From: an uncultured Erysipelotrichales bacterium
GTDB taxonomy: Bacteria; Bacillota_I; Bacilli_A; Erysipelotrichales; Coprobacillaceae
Direction: 5' to 3'
Length of the DNA stretch: 64,000 bases
Assembly: GCA_964372125.1 (NCBI GenBank)
Contig: CAYJPL010000006.1
Location: 15,466 to 79,465 of the forward strand
How positions within the stretch are numbered: the first letter of the stretch is position 1; each line of letters begins with the position of its first letter. Below are positions 37,873-48,138 of the stretch, piece by piece. The notes under the pieces are model-generated. The model did not search any database. It was not told the DNA's origin and saw only the letters and a list, made by a program, of their open reading frames with translations. The position numbers were made by a program, and so were the translations under genes.

Positions 37873-39180
37873 ATGAGTAGCAAAATGATATTTTGGATGT
37901 CCTTTTTAGTACCAGGGAGTGGGCATCTTGTTTTAAAACGTTATAAAGCAGCACTTTTTGGGTTTATATATACAATAATTGCATGGCTAAGTACGATCTT
38001 ATATTTGATTCCTAATGTATTAAAAACATTTGTGACTCAAACAGGTGGAGAATATGCTGGAACTACAACATTAGGATATGAACCATTTCAGGATGATTCG
38101 TTTTTAATTTTAGTTTGGTTTGTGTTCACAATAGCCATTTTAGTAGTTTATATTCTTACAAACTATGCATTTGCACGTAATGCAAGAAGTACAAAACAAA
38201 CAATAGATAATGGTGAGGTTGTTTTATCTCTAAAAGAAAAAGCAAAAGTATTAGCACCGGAAATCGTGCCACAAGCGATTGTTGGTCCGATGTTCATACT
38301 TATGTTTTTATTCTTATTTGTACCAGCGATTGTATCGATATTAATTGCATTCACAAATTATAAAACCCCAGTTTTACCACCAGCATTTTTGCTTGAGTGG
38401 GAAGGGTTAAATAACTTTATGGACCTATTTAGTGATCCACGTCTATCAGCTGTGTTTACTGATACGATTTCATGGACATTAATTTGGACATTTAGTGCAA
38501 CATTACTAGTATTATTTTTAGGAACATTCCTTGCTGTGTTATGTAACAACAAAAACATCAAAGGAAAAAAATTCTTTAGAAGTGTATATCTATTACCGTG
38601 GGCAGTTCCAGCCTTCTTAACAATATTAGTGTTTCAAATTTTCTTCTCTCGTGTAGGAACAATGAATACAATTGTAATTCCGTTCTTTACAGGAGCAGCG
38701 TATGACATAAATACAGCGATACCGTTCCTAGTTAATCCAGATATCGCAAAAGTTGTGATTATCTTGATCCAAGGATGGCTAGGATTCCCATATATTTATG
38801 TATTAGTAACAGGGATATTACAAACAATACCTGCAGATTTATATGAAGCTGCAAATATGGATGGGGGAAATCCATGGTCGAATTTCTGGGATATTACATT
38901 CCCAATCATTATGGCTAGTGCTGCCCCAACTATGATTACTCAGTTTACATTTAACTTTAACAATGTTGTCATCATCTACTTACTGACGGGATCAGTTGTA
39001 AAAGACGTTGGGGCAACATACGGACCACTTGAAACAATAGCTTCGATGGGTTACCAATTAATGCTCGATGCAGAATTTTCAACAGCAGCCGTATTTACAT
39101 TGATTACATCAGTTATCGTATCATCAGTAGTGTTATGGTCGTGGATAAAAACAGGTGCATTTAAAAAGGAGGAAGTATAG
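37873..39180 (+). CDS. maltodextrin ABC transporter permease (MalF/MdxF-like)
   Basis: Multi-TM protein with an EAA-loop region (LYEAANMDGGNPWSNFWDITFP). Start ATG at 37873 after AAAGGAG; the ORF track starts at 37846. Confidence 0.88.
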   Translation: MSSKMIFWMSFLVPGSGHLVLKRYKAALFGFIYTIIAWLSTILYLIPNVLKTFVTQTGGEYAGTTTLGYEPFQDDSFLILVWFVFTIAILVVYILTNYAFARNARSTKQTIDNGEVVLSLKEKAKVLAPEIVPQAIVGPMFILMFLFLFVPAIVSILIAFTNYKTPVLPPAFLLEWEGLNNFMDLFSDPRLSAVFTDTISWTLIWTFSATLLVLFLGTFLAVLCNNKNIKGKKFFRSVYLLPWAVPAFLTILVFQIFFSRVGTMNTIVIPFFTGAAYDINTAIPFLVNPDIAKVVIILIQGWLGFPYIYVLVTGILQTIPADLYEAANMDGGNPWSNFWDITFPIIMASAAPTMITQFTFNFNNVVIIYLLTGSVVKDVGATYGPLETIASMGYQLMLDAEFSTAAVFTLITSVIVSSVVLWSWIKTGAFKKEEV

Positions 39181-39181
39181 T

Positions 39182-40051
39182 ATGACTAAAGGAAAATTAC
39201 GTAAAAAATTAACGTTATTAGCAATTTATGCGGTGTTAATTACAATGGCAATTTTAATTTTATTTCCACTTTTTGTAACTTTAATGAGTGCATTTAATAC
39301 TTCAAATTCACTTTATTCTACATCATTAATTCCTGAAACGTTTAGCTTTATTGATAACTTCACTCGTTTATTTACAGAGACAGATTATATTCGTTGGTAT
39401 ATGAACACGTTTGGAATTTCTGTTGCTGCAATGATTCTTGCAACTGCAATTATCACAGTTATGGGATTTGTATATTCTAGATATCGTTTTAAAGGAAGAA
39501 AGATATCATTAACATTATTATTAGTTATTCAAATTATTCCAAGTGGAAGTACTTTAATTGCATTATATGCTATTGCACAATCATTAGGAATCTATTCATC
39601 ACAAAATGCAACGATGTATACATACATGTTTTTAACATTAATATATGCAGTAGGTGCAATACCAATGAATACTTTACTAATGAAAGGATACTATGATTCA
39701 ATACCTAGGGAACTAGATGAATCTGCAAAAATTGATGGAGCAACACACTTTCAAGTATTTAAGCAAATATTAATTCCATTGGTAAAACCAATGATCGCTG
39801 TAACTGCATTATTTACATTCTTAGCACCAATTGGAGATGTTGTGATGCCAAACTTTTTAGTAGCGAGTGCGAGTGCAGCTGATAAAACATTAGCGCTTGG
39901 ATTAAACGGATTGATTTCAGACCCGACAAATTCGTCATATAACTTATTTGCAGCAGGGTCAATTTTAATCGCCATACCAGCAATCTTACTTTTTTATAAA
40001 TTCCAAAAGTATATTGTTGGTGGATTAACAGATGGAGGAGTAAAAGGATAA
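39182..40051 (+). CDS. maltodextrin ABC transporter permease (MalG/MdxG-like)
   Basis: EAA loop ELDESAKIDGATHFQVFKQILIP. Start ATG at 39182 after AGGAGG; the ORF track starts at 39155. Confidence 0.88.
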   Translation: MTKGKLRKKLTLLAIYAVLITMAILILFPLFVTLMSAFNTSNSLYSTSLIPETFSFIDNFTRLFTETDYIRWYMNTFGISVAAMILATAIITVMGFVYSRYRFKGRKISLTLLLVIQIIPSGSTLIALYAIAQSLGIYSSQNATMYTYMFLTLIYAVGAIPMNTLLMKGYYDSIPRELDESAKIDGATHFQVFKQILIPLVKPMIAVTALFTFLAPIGDVVMPNFLVASASAADKTLALGLNGLISDPTNSSYNLFAAGSILIAIPAILLFYKFQKYIVGGLTDGGVKG

Positions 40052-40052
40052 T

Positions 40053-41183
40053 ATGAAAAAAATAGTACTGAAAAATGTAAGAAAAATATACCCAGGGAAT
40101 CCTGAGTATTCTGTAAAAGAATTCAACTTAGAGATAGAAGAGGGAGAATTCATTGTATTTGTAGGTCCTTCTGGATGTGGTAAATCAACTACATTGCGTA
40201 TGATTGCTGGACTAGAAGATATTAGTGAAGGGGAATTATGGATTGATGGAGAACTTGCAAATGATATGAGTTCAAAAGAACGTGATATCGCAATGGTATT
40301 CCAAAGTTATGCATTATACCCACATATGAAAGTTTCAGAAAATATTGGATATGGTCTGAAATTACGTAAATACCCAAAAAACGAAATCAAAGAAGCAGTA
40401 GAAAATGTTTCTAATGACCTTGCATTATCTGATTACTTGGACCGTCTTCCAAAAAATCTTTCAGGTGGACAAAGACAGCGTGTTGCTTTAGGTCGTGCAA
40501 TGATTCGTAAACCTAAATTATTCTTAATGGATGAACCTTTAAGTAACTTGGATGCAAAATTACGTACTTCTACACGTACTGAAATTGCAAGATTACATCG
40601 TGAAAAAGGTGTTGTTACTATTTATGTAACACATGATCAAGTAGAAGCGATGACAATGGCAGATCGTATTGTCGTTATGTCTATGGGAGAAATTCAACAA
40701 ATAGGATCTCCTAGAGAACTATATACAAATCCAATCAATAAGTTTGTAGCTACATTTATTGGTCAACCACCAATGAATATGATCAATGGAACTTACAAAG
40801 ATGGTAAATTCACTTGTTCAGGATTTAGTATTGATGTAAGTGAAGCAGATAAGAAAATATTAGATACACAAGGATACAGTGGAAAAGAAATTACACTAGG
40901 TGTACGTTCACATGCAATAAATGATGGTAACCTGTATAAAGAAACATATCCAAGAGCAACAATTACGGTTACACCAATTAATGTTGAATATTTAGGGGAT
41001 AGTATTAGCGTTTTCTTTGAACCTGAACCAGGAAACTATTTTGTATCTTCTATCTCTGCTCGTAATGATGTAGAGGTTGATAAACCTTATGAATTAGTCA
41101 TCGAAAACACAAAATTACACTTCTTTGACGTAGATACAGAAAAATCAATTAAGCATGAATACAACTCAAAAGAGACTGCGTAA
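40053..41183 (+). CDS. msmX: sugar ABC transporter ATPase (MsmX/MalK-like)
   Basis: Walker A GPSGCGKST, signature LSGGQRQR, Walker B LFLMDEPLS, and a C-terminal TOBE-like regulatory domain. Confidence 0.9.
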   Translation: MKKIVLKNVRKIYPGNPEYSVKEFNLEIEEGEFIVFVGPSGCGKSTTLRMIAGLEDISEGELWIDGELANDMSSKERDIAMVFQSYALYPHMKVSENIGYGLKLRKYPKNEIKEAVENVSNDLALSDYLDRLPKNLSGGQRQRVALGRAMIRKPKLFLMDEPLSNLDAKLRTSTRTEIARLHREKGVVTIYVTHDQVEAMTMADRIVVMSMGEIQQIGSPRELYTNPINKFVATFIGQPPMNMINGTYKDGKFTCSGFSIDVSEADKKILDTQGYSGKEITLGVRSHAINDGNLYKETYPRATITVTPINVEYLGDSISVFFEPEPGNYFVSSISARNDVEVDKPYELVIENTKLHFFDVDTEKSIKHEYNSKETA

Positions 41184-41775
41184 TACTGTATTAGTAATAG
41201 GAACCCTAATTATTGGGTTCTTTGCGATACAAGCAATATTATCATATACAAAAACAGTTCCACCATTCGAGTATGTAAACTATCAAACACAGTTAGAGGT
41301 ATATAAAGATAGTGATAAAAACTTTGAAGAAAATAGTAAAAAAGTCAAGGAATATGTGGATGAGATTGAAGTAACAACAACAATTAACGAGGAAAATACA
41401 TCAATTTATGATATTTTACCAGAAAAAACAAGTGAAACATCATTTGTTAGCAGTAATGATGATCAAGTTCGTGATATGGCTAAAGCTGCAGTAGAAGTAG
41501 CACAAGATTTTTATGGAATCGATGATGTGAAATTTGTCACTTCAGTATATGCAGTAGAGGAAAGACTTGCAGTATATACTGAAACACCAAGATCGTATCT
41601 TTTCTTTGCACTAACGCCTGATGAATCAAAAATGGTTGGAATTGTTGTTACTCCAACACCGTCAGGTTATGATATCGAAACACTGTGGACAGTTGAACAA
41701 GCTAGTGATACATCGTATGTTGAAACAGAAACAAATCGTTTATTGTTTATCTTTTCAAATCAAGTGTTTGAATAA
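41155..41775 (+). CDS. hypothetical N-terminally membrane-anchored protein, last gene of the transporter operon
   Basis: A single N-terminal TM (VLVIGTLIIGFFAIQAIL). I recognise no family. The start lies 29 nt inside msmX and has no obvious RBS. Confidence 0.45.
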   Translation: MNTTQKRLRNTVLVIGTLIIGFFAIQAILSYTKTVPPFEYVNYQTQLEVYKDSDKNFEENSKKVKEYVDEIEVTTTINEENTSIYDILPEKTSETSFVSSNDDQVRDMAKAAVEVAQDFYGIDDVKFVTSVYAVEERLAVYTETPRSYLFFALTPDESKMVGIVVTPTPSGYDIETLWTVEQASDTSYVETETNRLLFIFSNQVFE

Positions 41776-41798
41776 AGCTAGCTAGTCTAGCTTTTTTT
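41774..41798 (+). terminator. rho-independent terminator
   Basis: AAAGCTAG-ctagt-CTAGCTTT followed by a T7 run. Confidence 0.8.
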
Positions 41799-41920
41799 CT
41801 ATGTCTAGTAATGTGTTTGGAGAAAAAAGATAATATTGTATTATTTCAAGATAGTAAAGTAGTAGTTTGATTTTTAAAATAATAATATAATACAATTATA
41901 AGATGTTATAGGAGGGCAGT

Positions 41921-43867
41921 ATGAAATATTGTTATGGAAGTCATGATTTACAAAATAAGGAACGTGGAGAACAACAGTGTTATTTACTTACGAATGGACT
42001 TGGTGGGTATTCTTCATTAACACTAATAAATTCATTAACTAGAAATGATCATGCATTATTTATGGGGGCAGTAAAAGCTCCAGATTTACGTTATCATTTA
42101 GTAAGTCGTTTGGAAGAAGAGTTAATCATTGGTAGTAAACAATACACATTATCGTCTCAAAGTTATGTACAAAGAACAAAAGATAAAAATGGGGAAGTAT
42201 ATTTAGTGGATGTTACAAAAGAGTATATTATTACATTCACGTATCTTATCGAAGGCGTTGAAGTAAAAAAAGAAATTGTTGTTGTCCATAATGAAAATAC
42301 AGTAGGGGTTCGATACACAATTAACAATCCATTACAAAAAGAAGTTACTTTTACAATAACACCATGTTATCAGTTTGTTGAAAGAGGGCAACTACTAAAT
42401 GTCAATCAACCATTTGACATTTGTGAAAAAAAAGTATCTTCAAATGGTATAACAATGTCAATTCATACAAATAATGATAGATATACAAGTGTTGATAAAC
42501 CACAGTATAATAATGATCTATATTATGAATACGATGCACGTGATGGTCGTTTTGCATATGGATGTGTAGTTAGCCAAGGAACGTATTATTATGAAGTACC
42601 AAAAACAAAAGAAATTGATCTAGTATTCACATTGAATGGTAATACCGATAGTGTTGAATTCATGATAAAAAAAGAAATAGAACGACAAAACAAGTTATTT
42701 GAGATTAGTCAGGCAAAAACAAATTTTACAAAATCATTAGTACAAGCAAGTGATCAATTTGTAGTCAAACGTGAATCTATTGATGGTCTAACCCTTATGG
42801 CAGGATATCCATTTTTCTTGGATTGGGGACGTGATACAATGTACGCTATTGAAGGGTGTTGTATTTATGTGAACCGTTTTGATGAAACAAAGAATATTTT
42901 ACGTACCTTTGCAAGTCATCTAAAGAATGGTGTAATGCCAAATTTGTTTCCAGAAGGAGATAATCCACCTTTATATAATACAGTAGATGCATCATTATTA
43001 TTCATTCAAGCAACATATTTGTATTATGAACGAACAAATGATATTGAATTTATTAATGAAATTTATTCAGCAGTAGAAGAAATTATCCATTTTTATAAAA
43101 ATGGAACAGATTTTGATATCAAAATGGATACTGATGGACTTATTAGTGCAGGAAGTGGATTAATGCAACTTACGTGGATGGATATTCGTTATGAAGATAT
43201 TTTGCCAACACCACGACATGGAAAGCCAGTTGAAGTAAATGCATATTGGTATAGTGCTCTACAATCAATCGTAGAATTCTCTAAAATATTACAAAAAGAT
43301 GCTACAGAATACCAAGAGCTTGCAAAGTTAGTAAAAAAATCTTTCAGTGAACAATTTTGGAATGATGAATCACAGTGTTTAAAAGATGTGATTTCTGGAG
43401 AACTATGTGATAATCAAATACGTTGTAATCAAATATGGGCAGTGTCCGTACCATTTAGTCCGTTAGATGATAAGAAAGCAAAACTTGTAGTAGAACGAGT
43501 TTATGAAAAACTATATACTCCTCAAGGGCTTCGTTCTTTATGTGTAGATGACGAACAATTTGTTCCAGAGTATAGTGGATCATTAAAAAAACGTGACTTA
43601 TCATACCACCAAGGAACTGTTTGGACATTCCCATTAGGATCATATTTTAAGGCGTATTTAAAAGTAAATAAATACTCTAGCGAAGCTGTTGCAATCGTGA
43701 AAAAACAATTAGGATACATAGAAGTATCGATGCGTGAAGGTTGCGTAGGACAACTAGCAGAAATATATGATGGCTTGTATCCAGCCTACTCAAGAGGATG
43801 TTTTGGTCAGGGATGGAGTATTGGAGAAATTCTTAAAATTGCATTGGAGGTAGAAAAGTATGCATAA
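41921..43867 (+). CDS. amylo-alpha-1,6-glucosidase / glycogen debranching enzyme (GDE_C, GH133-like)
   Basis: 648 aa. A six-hairpin-like C-terminal region (GYPFFLDWGRDTMYA, QLTWMD, HGKPVEVNAYWY, YHQGTVWTFPLG) is typical of archaeal-type GDE. Confidence 0.8.
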   Translation: MKYCYGSHDLQNKERGEQQCYLLTNGLGGYSSLTLINSLTRNDHALFMGAVKAPDLRYHLVSRLEEELIIGSKQYTLSSQSYVQRTKDKNGEVYLVDVTKEYIITFTYLIEGVEVKKEIVVVHNENTVGVRYTINNPLQKEVTFTITPCYQFVERGQLLNVNQPFDICEKKVSSNGITMSIHTNNDRYTSVDKPQYNNDLYYEYDARDGRFAYGCVVSQGTYYYEVPKTKEIDLVFTLNGNTDSVEFMIKKEIERQNKLFEISQAKTNFTKSLVQASDQFVVKRESIDGLTLMAGYPFFLDWGRDTMYAIEGCCIYVNRFDETKNILRTFASHLKNGVMPNLFPEGDNPPLYNTVDASLLFIQATYLYYERTNDIEFINEIYSAVEEIIHFYKNGTDFDIKMDTDGLISAGSGLMQLTWMDIRYEDILPTPRHGKPVEVNAYWYSALQSIVEFSKILQKDATEYQELAKLVKKSFSEQFWNDESQCLKDVISGELCDNQIRCNQIWAVSVPFSPLDDKKAKLVVERVYEKLYTPQGLRSLCVDDEQFVPEYSGSLKKRDLSYHQGTVWTFPLGSYFKAYLKVNKYSSEAVAIVKKQLGYIEVSMREGCVGQLAEIYDGLYPAYSRGCFGQGWSIGEILKIALEVEKYA

Positions 43868-45788
43868 ATTTTATATTGATAACTACAATCAAATAAGCAG
43901 TGATACCTATGATGGAAAAGCAACGTTATGCGATGGGATTAATAAGACTGGTTTATTGTTTTTTCATGGAGGGTGCACCCTGCCTTTTGATGTAGAGCTA
44001 AAAAAGCATTATTTTGTAGAGGCTAATGGAAGTACTTATCCAGTGGAATATCGTTTTATTGTTCATAGTGAACGTTTTGAAAAAGAATATGCATACGATG
44101 GAAAACTAGGAAGTTTTTATTATGGTGAATACAGCGAATTTTATGTATGGGCACCAACGGCATATTCAATGAGTGTTGTATTGATTGATGATACAACATA
44201 CCCGATGGAATACCAAGACAGTGGTGTTTATTATTGTAGAATAGATAAGGATTTAGAAGGGATAGGATACTTATATGAGGTTGAGCATCTAAGTAGACAA
44301 AGAACATTAGATCCTTATGCAAAGTCTTCATACATCAACTCACAATATAATTTTGTTGTAAATCCAAGTAAAATACATAGCATAAATAATAGTACGCCGT
44401 TAGTATGTAAAAAAGATGCAATTGTATATGAAACACATGTTCGCGATCTAACAAGTGATCCAAAAGTACCATTTTCTAATCCAGGAAAATTTGTTGGATT
44501 TACGGAAAAAGGAGTGACAGATTCACAAGGTAATAAAGTTGGTTATGATTATATTTTAGATTTAGGAGTAAATCATATTCAACTTTTACCAATTTATGAC
44601 TTCGGATCAATTGATGAAAGTGATAGTAGTCATGCTTATAACTGGGGATATGATCCTGTACAATATAATGTAATTGAGGGTAAATATAGTTGTAATCCAA
44701 AAGATCCATATTGTCGTATTAATGAAGTCATTGATTTAGTGAATCAATGCCGAAAAGATGGTATTGGAGTTATTATGGATGTGGTGTACAACCATGTGTA
44801 TAATAAAAAGGCATTTAGCTATGAGAAACTTGTACCTCACTACTTTTTTAGATATCAAGGAAATGATGTGAGTGATGCTTCATTTTGTGGTAATGAAACA
44901 GCAAGTGAACGATATATGGTACGAAGATTCATGAAAGATTCAATTATTTATTTAACTAAAACATTTGGATTTCATGGTTATCGTTTTGATTTAATGGGGA
45001 TACATGATATTGAAACTATGAATCAAATACATGATGAATTAATGAAAATTGATCCAACAATTATAGTGTATGGTGAAGGGTGGACAATGCCTACTGCAAT
45101 ACAACATAATACCTGTGCAATTCAAAAAAATCATCAACAAACCCCAAATATAGGATATTTTAATGATGACTTTAGAAATGTCTTAAAACAAGTAATTATT
45201 GGATATACAAATACTAATACAAAAGAGGTTGTAGAAAGATTACTAAAAGCAAGTGATTATGTAACACCAATGCAAAGTGTAAACTATATTTCTTGTCACG
45301 ATGATTATACTTTATTTGACCAATTGCATCATGACTTTGAAGAAAAAAATGTTATCAATAAAATGAAACTTGCCTATACATTTATCATATTAGGACAGGG
45401 ATTTACATTTATGCATGCTGGTTGCGAGGGTGCAAGAACAAAGTATGGTATAAAAAATTCATTTAATTCAAGTATGGAAATCAATTTACTACGATATGAT
45501 GAATTGTATCACCATCATGAGTTAATTGAATTTGTAAAAGAATTAATTCGAATTAAAAATACGTATAGTAAATATTTTTATGCAACGCATCATGATATAG
45601 AAAAGAATATTACAATTACTGTTAAAGATAATATAGTTGAATATAAGAACCTTGATTTACACATTTCAATTAATTTAGATACAGAGAAAAAAGGTGTAAC
45701 AAATAAAGAAAATATTATTTCTATTGATGGAACTCAAGAAATAAAAGAGCAATATGAAATCTATATGATTGTAAAAGGGAATAAGTAA
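43860..45788 (+). CDS. pulA: type I pullulanase (GH13_14-like), no signal peptide
   Basis: YNWGYDP, DVVYNHV, GYRFDLMG, YGEGW and ISCHDD. An 8-nt overlap with the upstream gene. Confidence 0.85.
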   Translation: MHKFYIDNYNQISSDTYDGKATLCDGINKTGLLFFHGGCTLPFDVELKKHYFVEANGSTYPVEYRFIVHSERFEKEYAYDGKLGSFYYGEYSEFYVWAPTAYSMSVVLIDDTTYPMEYQDSGVYYCRIDKDLEGIGYLYEVEHLSRQRTLDPYAKSSYINSQYNFVVNPSKIHSINNSTPLVCKKDAIVYETHVRDLTSDPKVPFSNPGKFVGFTEKGVTDSQGNKVGYDYILDLGVNHIQLLPIYDFGSIDESDSSHAYNWGYDPVQYNVIEGKYSCNPKDPYCRINEVIDLVNQCRKDGIGVIMDVVYNHVYNKKAFSYEKLVPHYFFRYQGNDVSDASFCGNETASERYMVRRFMKDSIIYLTKTFGFHGYRFDLMGIHDIETMNQIHDELMKIDPTIIVYGEGWTMPTAIQHNTCAIQKNHQQTPNIGYFNDDFRNVLKQVIIGYTNTNTKEVVERLLKASDYVTPMQSVNYISCHDDYTLFDQLHHDFEEKNVINKMKLAYTFIILGQGFTFMHAGCEGARTKYGIKNSFNSSMEINLLRYDELYHHHELIEFVKELIRIKNTYSKYFYATHHDIEKNITITVKDNIVEYKNLDLHISINLDTEKKGVTNKENIISIDGTQEIKEQYEIYMIVKGNK

Positions 45789-45813
45789 TATATAACTTAA
45801 AAAGGAGAGAAGT

Positions 45814-47349
45814 ATGAAAGACTTAGAAAATAAAATTATTTACCAAATTTATCCAAAAAGTTTTAAAGATACAACAGGTAATGGATATGGAGATATTCAA
45901 GGTATTATTTCAAAATTAGATTATTTAAAAGAATTAGGAGTTGATTATTTATGGCTATCTCCATGTGTAAAATCGCCACAAAAAGATAATGGGTATGATG
46001 TAGCAGATTACTTAACGATAGAACCTTTGTTTGGTACAAATGATGATTATGATATGTTTATCAAAGAAGCTAAAAAGCGTGGTATGAAAGTGATGATGGA
46101 CTTAGTATTAAATCATACCTCTGATCAGCATGAATGGTTTAAAAAAGCTGTTGCAGGGGATCCAAAATATTATGATTATTATATTTGGAGAGATGAACCA
46201 AATGAAATTGGATCATATTTTAGTGGGAATGCATGGACATATCATGAAAAAGTTGGAAAATACTATTTTAGACAATTTGATGTTTCACAACCTGATTTAA
46301 ATTGGGAAAACCCAGAAGTGCGTGAAGAAGTAAGAAAAATAGTACAATATTGGATTGATAAAGGAGTTGAAGGATTCCGTTTAGATGTTATTGATTTAAT
46401 TGGTAAAGAACCAGATAAACTAATCACAAGCAAAGGTCCTAACTTTGTAAAATACTTATCAGAATTACAACAAAGTACATTTAAAGATAAATTATTAACA
46501 GTTGGAGAATGTTGGGGTTCTACTTTAGATGAACAATATCAAATGTGTAGTGAAAAAACATTAACACAAGCATTCCACTTCCACCAATTTTCAGTGAATC
46601 AAGTAGATGGAAATAAATGGCATCGCAAAGAGTTAGATATGGATCAACTATGTGATGTGTTTAATACTTGGCAAAACGAGTACAAAGGAATAGAAGCAGT
46701 GGTAATGAATAGCCATGATGCACCTAGACTACCTTCTATTTGGTTCAATGATAAACAGTACCGTAAAGAATCTGCAAAACTAGCAGTATCGGTATTTGGT
46801 ATGTTACATGGTAACTTATATATCTATCAAGGTGAAGAAATTGGAATGACAAATACAGGGTGGACTGATTTAGACAAATATAAAGATGTAGAAACATTAA
46901 ATGTTTATCATGATATTATTGGTGAAGGGTATAGTCATGATGAAACAATGAAAAAAATTGCTTTTACATCTAGAGACAATGCTCGTACTCCAATGCACTG
47001 GGATAGTACGACAAATGGTGGATTTACAAGTGGAACACCTTGGATAGATGTTGTTGATAATTACAATGAAGTAAATGTTGAAGATGATTTAAAGAGTGAT
47101 GATAGTGTTTATAAGTATTATCAAGAGCTACTTAAATATCGTAAAGCAAACTATGATAAATTAAAGCAACCAGCATCATTTATAAACAAAGATGGTGTGT
47201 ATTTCATGAAAAAGCCAAATCTTGAAGTTATCGCAAACTTCACAGAAGATACAAAGGATATTGAAATTAAAGGAACAGTAGTGATGAGTAACTACAAAGA
47301 AGTAACAAATATTTTAAAACCGTATCAAGTTGTTATTATTGAAAAATAA
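45814..47349 (+). CDS. GH13_31-like alpha-glucosidase / oligo-1,6-glucosidase paralog
   Basis: DLVLNHTSDQH, GFRLDVIDLI, VGECWG and NSHDAPR. Confidence 0.85.
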   Translation: MKDLENKIIYQIYPKSFKDTTGNGYGDIQGIISKLDYLKELGVDYLWLSPCVKSPQKDNGYDVADYLTIEPLFGTNDDYDMFIKEAKKRGMKVMMDLVLNHTSDQHEWFKKAVAGDPKYYDYYIWRDEPNEIGSYFSGNAWTYHEKVGKYYFRQFDVSQPDLNWENPEVREEVRKIVQYWIDKGVEGFRLDVIDLIGKEPDKLITSKGPNFVKYLSELQQSTFKDKLLTVGECWGSTLDEQYQMCSEKTLTQAFHFHQFSVNQVDGNKWHRKELDMDQLCDVFNTWQNEYKGIEAVVMNSHDAPRLPSIWFNDKQYRKESAKLAVSVFGMLHGNLYIYQGEEIGMTNTGWTDLDKYKDVETLNVYHDIIGEGYSHDETMKKIAFTSRDNARTPMHWDSTTNGGFTSGTPWIDVVDNYNEVNVEDDLKSDDSVYKYYQELLKYRKANYDKLKQPASFINKDGVYFMKKPNLEVIANFTEDTKDIEIKGTVVMSNYKEVTNILKPYQVVIIEK

Positions 47350-48107
47350 TGATTATTACAGAAAAAGTAAGAGTTCCTAATTTTAATGTAGAAAAAACAA
47401 TTCGTATTTATCTACCTGAAAACTATTATAATAGTTTAGATCACTATCCCGTACTATATATGTTTGACGGACAAAATCTATATGATGGAAGATATTCTTA
47501 TTCAGGTGTAGGATGGCAAATAGATGAGTGTTTAAAATATTTAGGAAAAGATGTTATCGTTGTTGGAATTGACAATGCAAATGAAAAAAGAATGGAAGAA
47601 TATTCCCCATTTCCAATTATCAAAACTACAGATAATTATGGGAAAACATTTGCAACTTTTGTTTGTTACACACTTAAGGCACATATTGATAAATCCTATC
47701 GCACATTACCCCAAAGGCAACATAGTGCTATTGGGGGGAGTGGCATGGGTGGATTGCTTGCGCTATATACGGGATTATTACATAATACTACTTTTCAAAC
47801 AGTATGTTGCATATCAGTGACAACTTGGCTTACGGGAAATAGTACAAAGCAGTTTCTAGATATGTTATCAACTCAAAATGATAGTAAAGTATATATAAGT
47901 GTTGGTGAAAAAGAAGATAATGTACAATTTGGAAGTGGAGAAACATATAACGTTGTTAATGATTTCAATAAATTAATTAGTGCATTAAGAAAAAAAGGGT
48001 GCAGCGTTAATGCAGAAATGTTTAAGAACGGGGAGCATCATGAAAAATATTGGCGTAAACCATTTATGAATTTTGTACAATACTGGCAAGATTTAAAAAA
48101 GGACTAG
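47349..48107 (+). CDS. esterase-family alpha/beta hydrolase (PF00756-like)
   Basis: YPVLYMFDGQNLYD is typical of the putative-esterase family. The nucleophile-elbow region reads IGGSGMGGL, an atypical spacing relative to GxSxGG. A TAATG overlap couples it to the upstream GH13 gene. Confidence 0.65.
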   Translation: MIITEKVRVPNFNVEKTIRIYLPENYYNSLDHYPVLYMFDGQNLYDGRYSYSGVGWQIDECLKYLGKDVIVVGIDNANEKRMEEYSPFPIIKTTDNYGKTFATFVCYTLKAHIDKSYRTLPQRQHSAIGGSGMGGLLALYTGLLHNTTFQTVCCISVTTWLTGNSTKQFLDMLSTQNDSKVYISVGEKEDNVQFGSGETYNVVNDFNKLISALRKKGCSVNAEMFKNGEHHEKYWRKPFMNFVQYWQDLKKD

Positions 48108-48138
48108 CGCCTTTTTATATAGGAGAATACAAAAGACT

